The notes under the pieces were generated by a model. The model was not told where the DNA came from. It saw nothing but the letters and a program-made list of their open reading frames with translations, and ran no database searches. Shown in pieces: positions 8,505 to 17,111 of a stretch of 62,962 bases of DNA (positions are counted from its first letter, which is position 1; each line of letters begins with the position of its first letter). This stretch comes from a virus. The DNA is taken from positions 1 to 62,962 of IMG/VR virus record IMGVR_UViG_3300034005_000004. One strand, given 5' to 3'. The position numbers were made by a program, and so were the translations under genes.

Positions 8505-9389
8505 ATGACCGATGCGGAAATCAAGCGAGCTATCACGGCGCGGATCAAAGAGACGATTCGCGCTATAGAGCAGCACGAGCGCGAATACATTGCCCGCGCC
8601 GCGAAGCTTCTCGGCGCGCTTCGGCTTGAGATCATCGCGCGCATCGCAGAGAACTCCTCTGAGTTCGATGCAAGCGTGCTGAGACAGCTCAAGAACGCAA
8701 TAGAGGCCAGCCTTCAGCGATTCGAGCATGACGCCACGATAGCTATTCAACAGGATTTGCGCAGGGCGTTTGACCTCGGCGCGCAGCTCGTAGAGTCGCC
8801 CGTCGCTGTCGTCAATACGTCGTCGTCTCTTGTCGTGATCGACCGCGCTTCGATCCTCGTCGCCGCAGAGCATTCGGCAGACTTGATCAGAGACCTGACT
8901 GCGGAAGTACGAACAGGTGTAAACGCGATACTGCGGCGCGGGCTGCTCGGCGTCATAAGCAAAGCCGAAGCGATCAAGCTTATCGGCGCGCGGATAGACA
9001 AGCCCGGCTCTCTATTCAACAAGCCTTCAGCCCGCGCGGCTACGATATGGCGCACAGAGACATATCGAATGCAGGCGATCTCTACTCACGCGAGGATGAT
9101 CGAAAACGAGAGATTGATGCGGGGCGCAGGGTACACGCTCAAGCGGCGGTGGCTCTCGGCTCAAGACCTGAGAGTGCGCGGGCGTAAGAAGACAGACGAG
9201 TTCTCGCACGCCTTAGCCGACGGGCAGATCAGGGCGATCAATGAGCCGTTCGACATTCCCATACTGCTCAAGGGCGTGCCTGTAGGCTCAGAGCCTCTTG
9301 AATACCCGCGAGACCCGAACGGCTCGCCGGGGAATACGATCAACTGTAGATGCCTCGCGAGTCCTGTGATTGAAAGGACGGCTGCGTAG
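8505..9389 (+). CDS. Head morphogenesis / minor head protein (SPP1 gp7, Mu F-like)
   Basis: 'TIWRTETYRMQ' and C-terminal 'NTINCRCL' motifs recalled for this family; lies after the portal gene. Confidence 0.7.
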   Translation: MTDAEIKRAITARIKETIRAIEQHEREYIARAAKLLGALRLEIIARIAENSSEFDASVLRQLKNAIEASLQRFEHDATIAIQQDLRRAFDLGAQLVESPVAVVNTSSSLVVIDRASILVAAEHSADLIRDLTAEVRTGVNAILRRGLLGVISKAEAIKLIGARIDKPGSLFNKPSARAATIWRTETYRMQAISTHARMIENERLMRGAGYTLKRRWLSAQDLRVRGRKKTDEFSHALADGQIRAINEPFDIPILLKGVPVGSEPLEYPRDPNGSPGNTINCRCLASPVIERTAA

Positions 9390-9863
9390 ATGGATTTCTT
9401 TCTTTTATGGATCGTCGGTCTACTCGTTACTGCTCTGGTCGCTTACGCTTTGCGGGGAAGCACTTCAAGCGTTCCGATTATCCCGAATATGTCACCTGTG
9501 CCGAGACCGACCGTTAAGCCTGTAGCTACAGATACTACAAGGCGCTCGCCAGGTTTCTCTGACTTCTTTCTCGGCTACACGGAGGGCGCAAACCGCGCGT
9601 GTGGCTATTGCGGGCGCGAAGGTGGAAACAAAGCAACATGTGACGGATGCGGAGCGCCCCTGAGAATGCCGCCGGAGGCATTAAATGGGCAGATGGAATC
9701 AAGGCAGAAACAAGCTGCGCGCGATCACGCAGCCGCTCAGAGACTACTTCTGCGCATACGCAGGCTCGAAGGGAAAGCCAGCCGCCGTGCCGTGCAAGGT
9801 ACAGGGAGCAAGCGCAGAGCACGCCGCGAGAATGTTCGACATGGGGCAGGGGCGCAACCCTGA
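9390..9863 (+). CDS. Membrane-anchored small protein with a portal-like peptide and a zinc ribbon (3' third probably overprinted or non-functional)
   Basis: TM 'FFLLWIVGLLVTALVAYAL'; 'GFSDFFLGYTEGANRA' copies portal residues; 'CGYCG..x9..CDGCG'. Confidence 0.5.
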   Translation: MDFFLLWIVGLLVTALVAYALRGSTSSVPIIPNMSPVPRPTVKPVATDTTRRSPGFSDFFLGYTEGANRACGYCGREGGNKATCDGCGAPLRMPPEALNGQMESRQKQAARDHAAAQRLLLRIRRLEGKASRRAVQGTGSKRRARRENVRHGAGAQP

Positions 9864-10008
9864 ACATACCGTGCTTGTCTGGACGCCTGAGATGATCAAG
9901 CGCGGCTCTAAGCCTTTCACCTACAACCTGACTAATATAGGCGCAACCCGGCTCTCTCCGATGATGCCCGCACAGAAGATTCGCGGCTTTCACGATGACG
10001 TGATGTAG
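9685..10008 (+). CDS. Hypothetical protein
   Basis: GGAGG 6 nt upstream of ATG 9685; sequence looks more protein-like than the overlapping tail of 9390-9863. Confidence 0.6.
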   Translation: MGRWNQGRNKLRAITQPLRDYFCAYAGSKGKPAAVPCKVQGASAEHAARMFDMGQGRNPEHTVLVWTPEMIKRGSKPFTYNLTNIGATRLSPMMPAQKIRGFHDDVM

Positions 10009-10056
10009 GTATCCTGGAACTTCCCATTATAAGATAACTAACAAGGGTTGATTCTT

Positions 10057-10230
10057 ATGGATGAAATCAAGGAAACGGTCGAATACCTCAAGCGGCGCAT
10101 AATAGAAGAGCGGACCAAACCGGGAGTGAATACCGAGGACCTTCACTCTTTGGTCAAAGACATCTGCTACGATTTACTTAATACTGCGCGCGTGGAGGAT
10201 CTGGGCGGTTGCCCTCTATGTCAGTCGTAA
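10057..10230 (+). CDS. Small hypothetical protein
   Basis: ATG 10057, in frame with track ORF 10048-10230. Confidence 0.5.
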   Translation: MDEIKETVEYLKRRIIEERTKPGVNTEDLHSLVKDICYDLLNTARVEDLGGCPLCQS

Positions 10231-10815
10231 TGCTACGTTAAATGTAGGTACCTCGAAATTCCTGTCATACGATAACTGATAAATCGGTATTGCATTAAAG
10301 ATTTTTTATCTAGCGAAGACGATAAAAACTAAGGCTGACGACGAGGGCGCATCCCTGGCGATTGCGCCTTTCGCGGGCATAATATGCGCAACAAAGGCGC
10401 GCTCGTTTCAAGTGGCTTATTCGTCTTGCGCCTAACCCGGATAGAGCGAGGTATCCTTCGGGATTGAACGACGACGACGCATGCCGGATGGGGGCTATTA
10501 TCCCCCGGCCAGCGACCCGGCGACCGGATGCTCCCTTCGTGGAGTCAATTTTCATTCAATGCCGGGCAACCTAATCTGCCATGCGGCTCCTGATTCATGT
10601 CTCGCTCACGATCAGAACTTCACGAAGGGAGGTACACGTCGATGAAGTTTGAATAACGACATTGCCGCAACGCATAACGGGGTTCTCTGTGAAGAACGGG
10701 GGGATGGGCAACCATCCCTCATATATTGTTCCTTTGCTGCTAATAATATTAGCCATCAAAGACAATGGAATATTAAATGGAATATTTTCAGGATAATATC
10801 CCACGAGTTTGCCAC
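10231..10815 (+). ncRNA. Candidate structured non-coding RNA or leader region
   Basis: No convincing ORF; many local hairpins, two with UUCG loops (atcc-ttcg-ggat; terminator loop); possible closing stem 10311-10323 / 10417-10431; ends at two intrinsic terminators. Confidence 0.3.
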
Positions 10816-10844
10816 GCCCGCTGACTTCGGTTGGCGGGCTTTTC
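10816..10844 (+). terminator. Intrinsic terminator
   Basis: gcccgctgac-ttcg-gttggcgggc stem-loop followed by TTTTC. Confidence 0.7.
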
Positions 10845-10881
10845 CTATTGGATAGCAAATCTGTAGATCCTCCTCCGGTTT

Positions 10882-10917
10882 GCCCGCCGCACCTGCTCTC
10901 GCGGCGGGCCTTTTTTT
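10882..10917 (+). terminator. Intrinsic terminator
   Basis: gcccgccgc / gcggcgggc 9-bp stem followed by T7. Confidence 0.8.
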
Positions 10918-10949
10918 ATTGATAGCACTTTTCAACAGGAGGGAAGCAA

Positions 10950-11171
10950 ATGGCCGAAGCAAAGAAGAGAACGCTCACAGTACCGGAGCAAGAGTCGAGG
11001 GGCGATCAAATCGCTCTGCTTGCAAAGAAGTATAAGAGCCTCGCGGGGCTGCCTGACAGCCACGTTCACACGCGCTCAAAGGACGGCAAGACCGTGCTGC
11101 TACTCGACGGCACGAGGGTAACAGACGAGATCCTGAAGACAGCCGCGAAGCCTGAAAAGGAAGAGAAGTAA
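10950..11171 (+). CDS. Small hypothetical head-module protein
   Basis: GGAGGG RBS; 73 aa, Lys-rich. Confidence 0.65.
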   Translation: MAEAKKRTLTVPEQESRGDQIALLAKKYKSLAGLPDSHVHTRSKDGKTVLLLDGTRVTDEILKTAAKPEKEEK

Positions 11172-11224
11172 GCCCGAAGCAGTAAGCCCCGATCAATAAC
11201 ACTCACACGGCGAGCGCGTCTCGC

Positions 11225-13780
11225 GTGGGGATTTCTATGCTCATAATTCACATCAAACAGGCGGGCATTAACCTGTCCGAGATCATCAAGCTCGTCTGCA
11301 ATGCCGTGTGTGAGCAGTTCAAGCTCGCAAACGGCTACGACCATATTTATTACTGGCCCGACGAGATCTTCGACGATGCGGTCATAGTCAAGAGCCGCAT
11401 TGACGGCAAGCTGTACCGCCTGGGCTACACGATCACAGAGAAGACGGTCACCTTCGGGGAGGCCGTCGAGGTAGAAGAGAAATTCGTGCCCGTAGAGGCA
11501 GGCGGCCAGGTTGCGACAGAAGGCGATGCGATGCAGGTCTATCGCGTCGCGGAAGACGCGCAAGAGACCGAGCAGGAAGCGAGCATCGCGTTCACGGTCG
11601 GCCAGGCGCAGAAGGTAGACCCGAAGGGAATGCAGTGGCGATGCCAGGTCATCGGGTTCGGGATGTCTAAGACCCGCGACATCTGGGAGGCACCCATCTT
11701 CCGCCAGTCGCTGCCGCAGTGGGAGAACATCCCCTGCTACATAGATCACCCTTCAGAGTCAGAGATGCGCGACCTGCCCGAGCGGTCCGTCCAGAAGAAG
11801 TGCGGCTTCTGGTCTAACTTCGAGGTCACAGCGCAGGGCGTGAGCGCGACGCTCACGATAGCCCCGTCGTTCGCCTGGCTTGGCGAAAACCTCCTGTGGG
11901 CTCAGCAGCACAATCAGCCCGATTTCGCGGGCTTCTCAATCATAGCGCAGACCCGCGCGAAGCAAGTCACCGCCCCGGACAATCAACCAGCCCGTTTGCA
12001 CACGCAGATCGTAAGACCGCTCTCCGTTGACGTGGTCACGCAGGCTGCCGCAGACGGGCATCTACAAGTCGCCCTTGCATCGAATCGCGGGCGAGACAAC
12101 GAGGACAACATGAACAAAGAGTTACTAAGGTTGCTGTTTAACAACCCTCAGACCTTTGCCTTCGTGCGTCAGTCTCTCGCCGCAGATGGCGTGCAGGGAG
12201 TGACCGCGCAGACGACGGAAGACCAGCTCGTAAACATCGTAGTCGCAGACCAGAAACACGTTGATGCTGTCGGCACGCTCCTGAAGGTCGCGCAAGCGGC
12301 GGCGAGCATCTTCGCTCCGCCGGCGCAATCGCCCGTCGCTCAGGCTCAGCAGGCACCCGCTCCCGGCACGGCACCGGCTGCGGCTCCTACGATTGACGAC
12401 ATGCCCGTAGAGATTCAGCGCACTGTCATATCGCAAGCGATTAACGATTCGTCTGCGGGCGAAGCGGTCAAGCAGACATGGCGCGCGCGCTTCCTCAATC
12501 CGGTTACACCCGTGAAGGCCACAGTCGCGCAGGCGGCCATTCAGAGCGAGACCGAGCTGCTCGGCGTCTACGCGCAGGCAGGCATCGTGAACAACCCCTC
12601 GCGCGCCGAAGTAGGAACCGAGCAGGTAGACCGGTTCGCAATTGCTCTCGCAAAGTCATTCGATATTTCCTTCGAGGCGTTCAACTCTATTGCTGGCTGC
12701 CAGGATCAGGTCGTGCAGCAGAGCAACGGAAGATTTTTCCAGGCTGCGCAGGATGAATGGAACTCGATACCGAAGATCGTCTCGATCCGCGATTTCTATT
12801 CGCAAACGACAGGTGATGTGAACCTGCGTGGCGTTGCGCGTGGCTCTCGCCTTGCGCGGCAGGCCGTATGGGTAACCGCAGACTTTGCCGAGGCGCTCGC
12901 TAACGTCGTCAACAAGCGCCTTCTCATGGTCTACCGTGAAGAGTCGTACCCCTATGATTTGATATGCAAGATAGTGCCAGCCCGCGACTTCAAGCAGCGT
13001 CAGGCAATCCTGATGGGCTATTTCGCGGACCTTCCGGCGGTCGCCGAAAACGGCCCGTACCTTTCGCCTTCTGCTCTCACGGACACCAAAGAGGCTTATT
13101 CAATAAGCAAAAAAGGTCGTCTGGTTGAATTGACCCTTGAAGACCTCGCGAATGACGATCTTGCAGGTTTTTCGACCGTCGTTGCTCGCCTGGGCCGCAC
13201 GGCGAAGCGCACGCTTGCGAAGTTCGTCTTCAACGACCTCGTAATGTCGAACCCGACGATGGCGACAGATTCGCTCGCCGTCTTTCATACCTCGCACAAC
13301 AACCTGATCACAGATACGCTCGGCACGACGGGCTTGAAGAATGGCGTCGGCGCGCTCCTCTCGCAGACCGAGCCTGGCTCAAACGAGAAGATGTCTGTCT
13401 CGGTCGATAAGCTTCAGCTCTTCATCTCTCCCACGTCCTATGTTGACGCGCATGCCGTGACCGACTTCAACAACGCGGGCGGCGGCGAGACGAACGCTAC
13501 TGCGCAAGCGATCCGCCGCATGCGGATCACTCCGCACTCGATCAACGTATTCGAAGACGATAACGACTGGCTGTTGACAGCCTCTAATGCGGATGTGGAC
13601 ATGGTCGAGCTTGCCTTCTTCAACGGCAACGAAGAGCCGGAATTCTTTGTCCAAGATGATCCGCGCGAGGGCGTGTCGTTTTCGAATGATGTGATCTTGC
13701 GGCATAAGATCCGGCACATTTACGGCGGCGTCGTCGTCGATTATCGCGGGATGGTCAAGAGTGCTGTTGTTGACGAGTAA
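11225..13780 (+). CDS. Prohead protease - scaffold linker - major capsid protein fusion
   Basis: 851 aa; N-terminal third has 'CYIDHPSE' and 'AGFSIIAQT' protease-like motifs; Ala/Pro/Gln linker near aa 360-400; C-terminal ~400 aa capsid-like; strong terminator follows. Confidence 0.6.
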   Translation: MGISMLIIHIKQAGINLSEIIKLVCNAVCEQFKLANGYDHIYYWPDEIFDDAVIVKSRIDGKLYRLGYTITEKTVTFGEAVEVEEKFVPVEAGGQVATEGDAMQVYRVAEDAQETEQEASIAFTVGQAQKVDPKGMQWRCQVIGFGMSKTRDIWEAPIFRQSLPQWENIPCYIDHPSESEMRDLPERSVQKKCGFWSNFEVTAQGVSATLTIAPSFAWLGENLLWAQQHNQPDFAGFSIIAQTRAKQVTAPDNQPARLHTQIVRPLSVDVVTQAAADGHLQVALASNRGRDNEDNMNKELLRLLFNNPQTFAFVRQSLAADGVQGVTAQTTEDQLVNIVVADQKHVDAVGTLLKVAQAAASIFAPPAQSPVAQAQQAPAPGTAPAAAPTIDDMPVEIQRTVISQAINDSSAGEAVKQTWRARFLNPVTPVKATVAQAAIQSETELLGVYAQAGIVNNPSRAEVGTEQVDRFAIALAKSFDISFEAFNSIAGCQDQVVQQSNGRFFQAAQDEWNSIPKIVSIRDFYSQTTGDVNLRGVARGSRLARQAVWVTADFAEALANVVNKRLLMVYREESYPYDLICKIVPARDFKQRQAILMGYFADLPAVAENGPYLSPSALTDTKEAYSISKKGRLVELTLEDLANDDLAGFSTVVARLGRTAKRTLAKFVFNDLVMSNPTMATDSLAVFHTSHNNLITDTLGTTGLKNGVGALLSQTEPGSNEKMSVSVDKLQLFISPTSYVDAHAVTDFNNAGGGETNATAQAIRRMRITPHSINVFEDDNDWLLTASNADVDMVELAFFNGNEEPEFFVQDDPREGVSFSNDVILRHKIRHIYGGVVVDYRGMVKSAVVDE

Positions 13781-13813
13781 TCAGCCCTGACGATTCACGA
13801 ATAGCAGACAGAC

Positions 13814-13846
13814 CGAGGGCGGGCCGCGTGCCCGCCCTCGCCTTTT
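13814..13846 (+). terminator. Intrinsic terminator after the capsid gene
   Basis: cgagggcggg / cccgccctcg 10-bp stem followed by CCTTTTC. Confidence 0.75.
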
Positions 13847-13859
13847 CAGGAGAAAGAAT

Positions 13860-14906
13860 ATGAAATTGAAAAGATTCAATACCGTGATGGTCGGGGCTGT
13901 CGTCGCCGCGCTGCTCTGGCTCCCTTTGCTTTCGCTTGCGCCCGCAAGCGTCTACGCGCAGACTGCTAAGAACGTGCAGGTCGCCTTCGCGTCTGCGGCG
14001 CGAACAGCATCGGCGAACTCAAGCCCGTTCAGCGTTGGTGACGCAGACCATCTCGTCGCGTTCCTTTCTGTCACCGCAGGCACAGGGACGACGCCGACGC
14101 TCGACGTGAAAGCCCAGGACTCGCCCGACGGCGGCACGACATGGTTTGACCTCACGGGCATGAGCTTCGCGCAGGTGACAGGCTCTACGTCGTCTCAGAC
14201 GGTCTACGCGACCCGCACCTTCTCGCCAAAGATCAGGTTCGTGGCTACCATAGGCGGCACGACTCCGAGCTTCACCTTCTCTGTCCACTTCATAAGCTAC
14301 AAAGGCAACCCTATTGTCGTCGCGACCTCGGACGCGAACGCATCGAACCTCACATCAGGAACGATACCGCTCGCGCGGATCGTAGACCTGACGAATACCC
14401 AGGTCTCTGGCTCGGCGGCTATAGCATACAGCAAGCTCTCGCTGACCGGCTCTATAGTGAACGCAGACCTGTCAAGCTCTGCGGCGATAGCGAGCGGGAA
14501 GCTTGCCGAAGACGTTGCGCGAACAGCTTCAGTCACGATCCCGACCGCCCAGGTTCTGACGCTCAACGCCACGCCGCGCACGCTCGTGGCCGCTCCGGGC
14601 GCGGGCAAGATCACCCTGATAGATGAGATCACCTGCAAGCTTGTCTTCAACTCGGTTGCCTACACGGGCTCGAACGCGCTTGAGTTCAGGTACACGAACG
14701 GAAGCGGCGCGAAGGTGACAGCAGATATAAGCTCCTCTTTCCTGAATTCGGCGTCAGGCACAAACTACAGCAGCGTGAAGGGCGTAACGACTGCGCTCAC
14801 GCCTGTAGCTAACGCCGCCGTCGTCGTCTTCGTGCCCACCGCTGACCCAGGCGCGGGAAACTCCGATCTGGTCTTCACGATTAAATATCGAATCATCACA
14901 CCTTAG
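13860..14906 (+). CDS. Head-proximal protein with a signal-peptide-like N-terminus and a fibre-type repeat module
   Basis: 'MKLKRFNTVMVGAVVAALLWLPLLSLAPASVYA|Q'; segment 'GTIPLARIVDLTNTQVSGSAAIAYSKLSLTGSIVNADLSSSAAIASGKLA' is paralogous to tail fibre residues near 33480-33660. Confidence 0.6.
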   Translation: MKLKRFNTVMVGAVVAALLWLPLLSLAPASVYAQTAKNVQVAFASAARTASANSSPFSVGDADHLVAFLSVTAGTGTTPTLDVKAQDSPDGGTTWFDLTGMSFAQVTGSTSSQTVYATRTFSPKIRFVATIGGTTPSFTFSVHFISYKGNPIVVATSDANASNLTSGTIPLARIVDLTNTQVSGSAAIAYSKLSLTGSIVNADLSSSAAIASGKLAEDVARTASVTIPTAQVLTLNATPRTLVAAPGAGKITLIDEITCKLVFNSVAYTGSNALEFRYTNGSGAKVTADISSSFLNSASGTNYSSVKGVTTALTPVANAAVVVFVPTADPGAGNSDLVFTIKYRIITP

Positions 14907-15014
14907 ACCTGACGCGCCGCCTTCCGTGCCCGCAGTCAACGGCCAGGGCATCCCACTGCGGGCAACCGCTTGTATCGGTCGCTCTGGCCGTTGATGCCTT
15001 AGAGAGCAGAAGCG

Positions 15015-15758
15015 ATGGCAATATCAACTAGAAAAAAGTCTGACTTCGTCGAATATGTTTCGCACCGACTCATCAGGGACGGCTCACCGGACTCGCCTGG
15101 CGTGCTACAGCCGCCGGATTATGACGACGCGGTCGATGCTGCCCTTGAGCAGTACTCTAAAGACAACCCGCTTGAATTCGTGAAAGATATTGATGGCGAA
15201 GCAGGCGGGCTTCGCGTCGTCGCCGTGAGCGACCTGCCCGGCTTCGATGAAGACTTCTCAGGTGACCCGCGCATCGAGATCATAGATAACGCGAGCGGCG
15301 ATGTCATTACCGAGATAGATGTCCGTTATTGGAGGTATCGCCGGACGCCCGCCGGGCAGACCGTCGAGTTGCTAGAAGACTCTGCGGGCAGCGGTCAATC
15401 GCTGCGCTACACCTACAAGATCAAGCGCGTTATTGACGAATCCGACCCCGATCTTACGACCGTCCCCGATTCGGACTTCTATGCCTTCTGCAATCTCGCA
15501 GCATCGAAGGCAGCGCGGTATCTCGCGAACCATTACAAGCACACCCGCGAAGGCAGTTATATGCAGGGTGACGTGGTCTACTTCCGCACTAAGGCGTCAG
15601 AGTTTGAGAAGGCAGAGAAAGATCACAAGAATGAGTACAACAATCACATGGGGATAGGTAAAGACGTTGAGGCGTCAGCCGCCGTCGTCATCGTCAATCA
15701 GGATTTGAGCGATTCCCGAGGTATGGATCGCTTCACTCACGGGCGGCGGTTTCGTTGA
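15015..15758 (+). CDS. Hypothetical head-completion / connector protein
   Basis: 247-aa ORF at the end of the head block; position only. Confidence 0.55.
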   Translation: MAISTRKKSDFVEYVSHRLIRDGSPDSPGVLQPPDYDDAVDAALEQYSKDNPLEFVKDIDGEAGGLRVVAVSDLPGFDEDFSGDPRIEIIDNASGDVITEIDVRYWRYRRTPAGQTVELLEDSAGSGQSLRYTYKIKRVIDESDPDLTTVPDSDFYAFCNLAASKAARYLANHYKHTREGSYMQGDVVYFRTKASEFEKAEKDHKNEYNNHMGIGKDVEASAAVVIVNQDLSDSRGMDRFTHGRRFR

Positions 15759-15761
15759 GCG

Positions 15762-15975
15762 TTACCTGGGTGCGCAGACATTCACAGCTACGAAGTACTG
15801 GTAGACGCTTCCGTCTGCGAGCGATCACCTCGCAGCCAAAAGCAACTGCGCAGGCCCGCGCGGGCAAGCTCAGCCGCGTAGAGATCCCGCGTAGCTATTA
15901 ACGTCTACCCTCGAGCGTAGCCGTTCTCGTCTGCCGGATCCGCAGACCAGAACGTCTACCTCGTCGATCAATAAG
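15762..15975 (-). repeat. Intergenic repeat cassette, copy B (inverted)
   Basis: Reverse complement aligns with copies A and C; also carries a 43-nt near-palindrome centred on GGATCC (15917-15959). Confidence 0.9.
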
Positions 15976-15976
15976 A

Positions 15977-16483
15977 ATGAGCACAATCGCGATAGATACA
16001 ATCGTGAACGCCTGCTCGGATGTTCTGAAAGCTATTCCGAGCATCGGCGTCAGCGAGTCGGGCGAAAAGCTTGTGTACCCGCGCGTGCGCTATGTCAACG
16101 ACGGCAGAGACATTGAATTCAAAGTGCTCGTCGGGGATTACAACTTCTCGCCGCCGCGCGCTCATTTCTGGATGCTGTTCAATACGACAAGCATCCCGAT
16201 ACTCGACGGTTTCAGCAACCTCGTAGGCGTCGAGCACACGATCAAATTCTTCGGCCATATGGCCGTCGTAGACAGCGCGGCCCCTGAGCTTGAGAGCGCG
16301 TCTCTCTTTCGGGCCGAGATTGACGCTATCCTCGCCGCCTTCGCAGATTCGATTGACCTCGGCCTGGGCTGCTCGATCACTCATCAACAATTCAGAGTGT
16401 TGAATGCAGGCGACGGCCAGGCGGCGGGCGCTCTCTGTCACATAGCCGAGTGCGCGCTGCCCGTGACCGCTTACAACGTGTAG
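15977..16483 (+). CDS. Hypothetical head-tail joining protein
   Basis: 168-aa ORF starting 1 nt after the end of repeat B. Confidence 0.6.
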   Translation: MSTIAIDTIVNACSDVLKAIPSIGVSESGEKLVYPRVRYVNDGRDIEFKVLVGDYNFSPPRAHFWMLFNTTSIPILDGFSNLVGVEHTIKFFGHMAVVDSAAPELESASLFRAEIDAILAAFADSIDLGLGCSITHQQFRVLNAGDGQAAGALCHIAECALPVTAYNV

Positions 16484-16492
16484 GAGTTCACA

Positions 16493-17086
16493 ATGAGCGT
16501 TAAGTGTTTTTACCTTGAGCCTGCAAATAAAGTCCGCCGCTCCCTACGTCGCTTTGAAAGCGGCTCTAAATGCCCGTTGCCGCAAGGCTACCATGACGCC
16601 TCAATTGTGCTAGATGAAGTGCCTATTGAACGCGACGAGCGCGGGTATATTAGCAACACAACCGAGTGGCCTCATGACGACACACGGTGGCCTTCCCATT
16701 GTGCTTGCGGCTACGAGTTTAAATCGGAAGACCAGCATCAACTCTTTCTTGAGGAACTCTACAAACGCAGTGATACAGGAGAGCAATGTACCCTTCGCGA
16801 GGCCGGGCCTGGAGCGATGTGGGACGCATGGTGGATGGCTGAAGCGTACAAAGGCCCGGACGGTCGCTGCCTGGTGGTCAACTGCCCCAACGGTTTTTCG
16901 TGGATGATTGATGACCGCGCGAGTAACTGCACGATGCCTGCTGATAACACGCATAAATGCTGGATTCGTCATGGCGAGCCGCCAAACATTACGGTTGATA
17001 AAAACGGGGTCACCTGTAACGCGGGCGCAGGGTCCATTCAAGCAGGCGATTATCACGGATTCTTACGCGATGGTGAATTCACATAA
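16493..17086 (+). CDS. Hypothetical protein (Cys/Trp-rich)
   Basis: 197-aa ORF with GGAG RBS. Confidence 0.6.
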   Translation: MSVKCFYLEPANKVRRSLRRFESGSKCPLPQGYHDASIVLDEVPIERDERGYISNTTEWPHDDTRWPSHCACGYEFKSEDQHQLFLEELYKRSDTGEQCTLREAGPGAMWDAWWMAEAYKGPDGRCLVVNCPNGFSWMIDDRASNCTMPADNTHKCWIRHGEPPNITVDKNGVTCNAGAGSIQAGDYHGFLRDGEFT

Positions 17087-17111
17087 GCTCTCTTAATCGC
17101 ACGACATCTCA

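Noticed and set aside
7793-9598. Diversity-generating retroelement (TR/VR pair) suggested by the ~48-nt repeat shared by the portal gene and ORF 9390
   Set aside because: No reverse transcriptase is present in the window. The repeat is short and the differences are not adenine-specific; they are mostly synonymous third-position changes.
10310-10858. ORFs 10310-10555(-), 10595-10858(-) and 10649-10855(+) in the head-module gap
   Set aside because: They overlap one another, lack RBSs and have odd composition. The region is better described as non-coding and structured.
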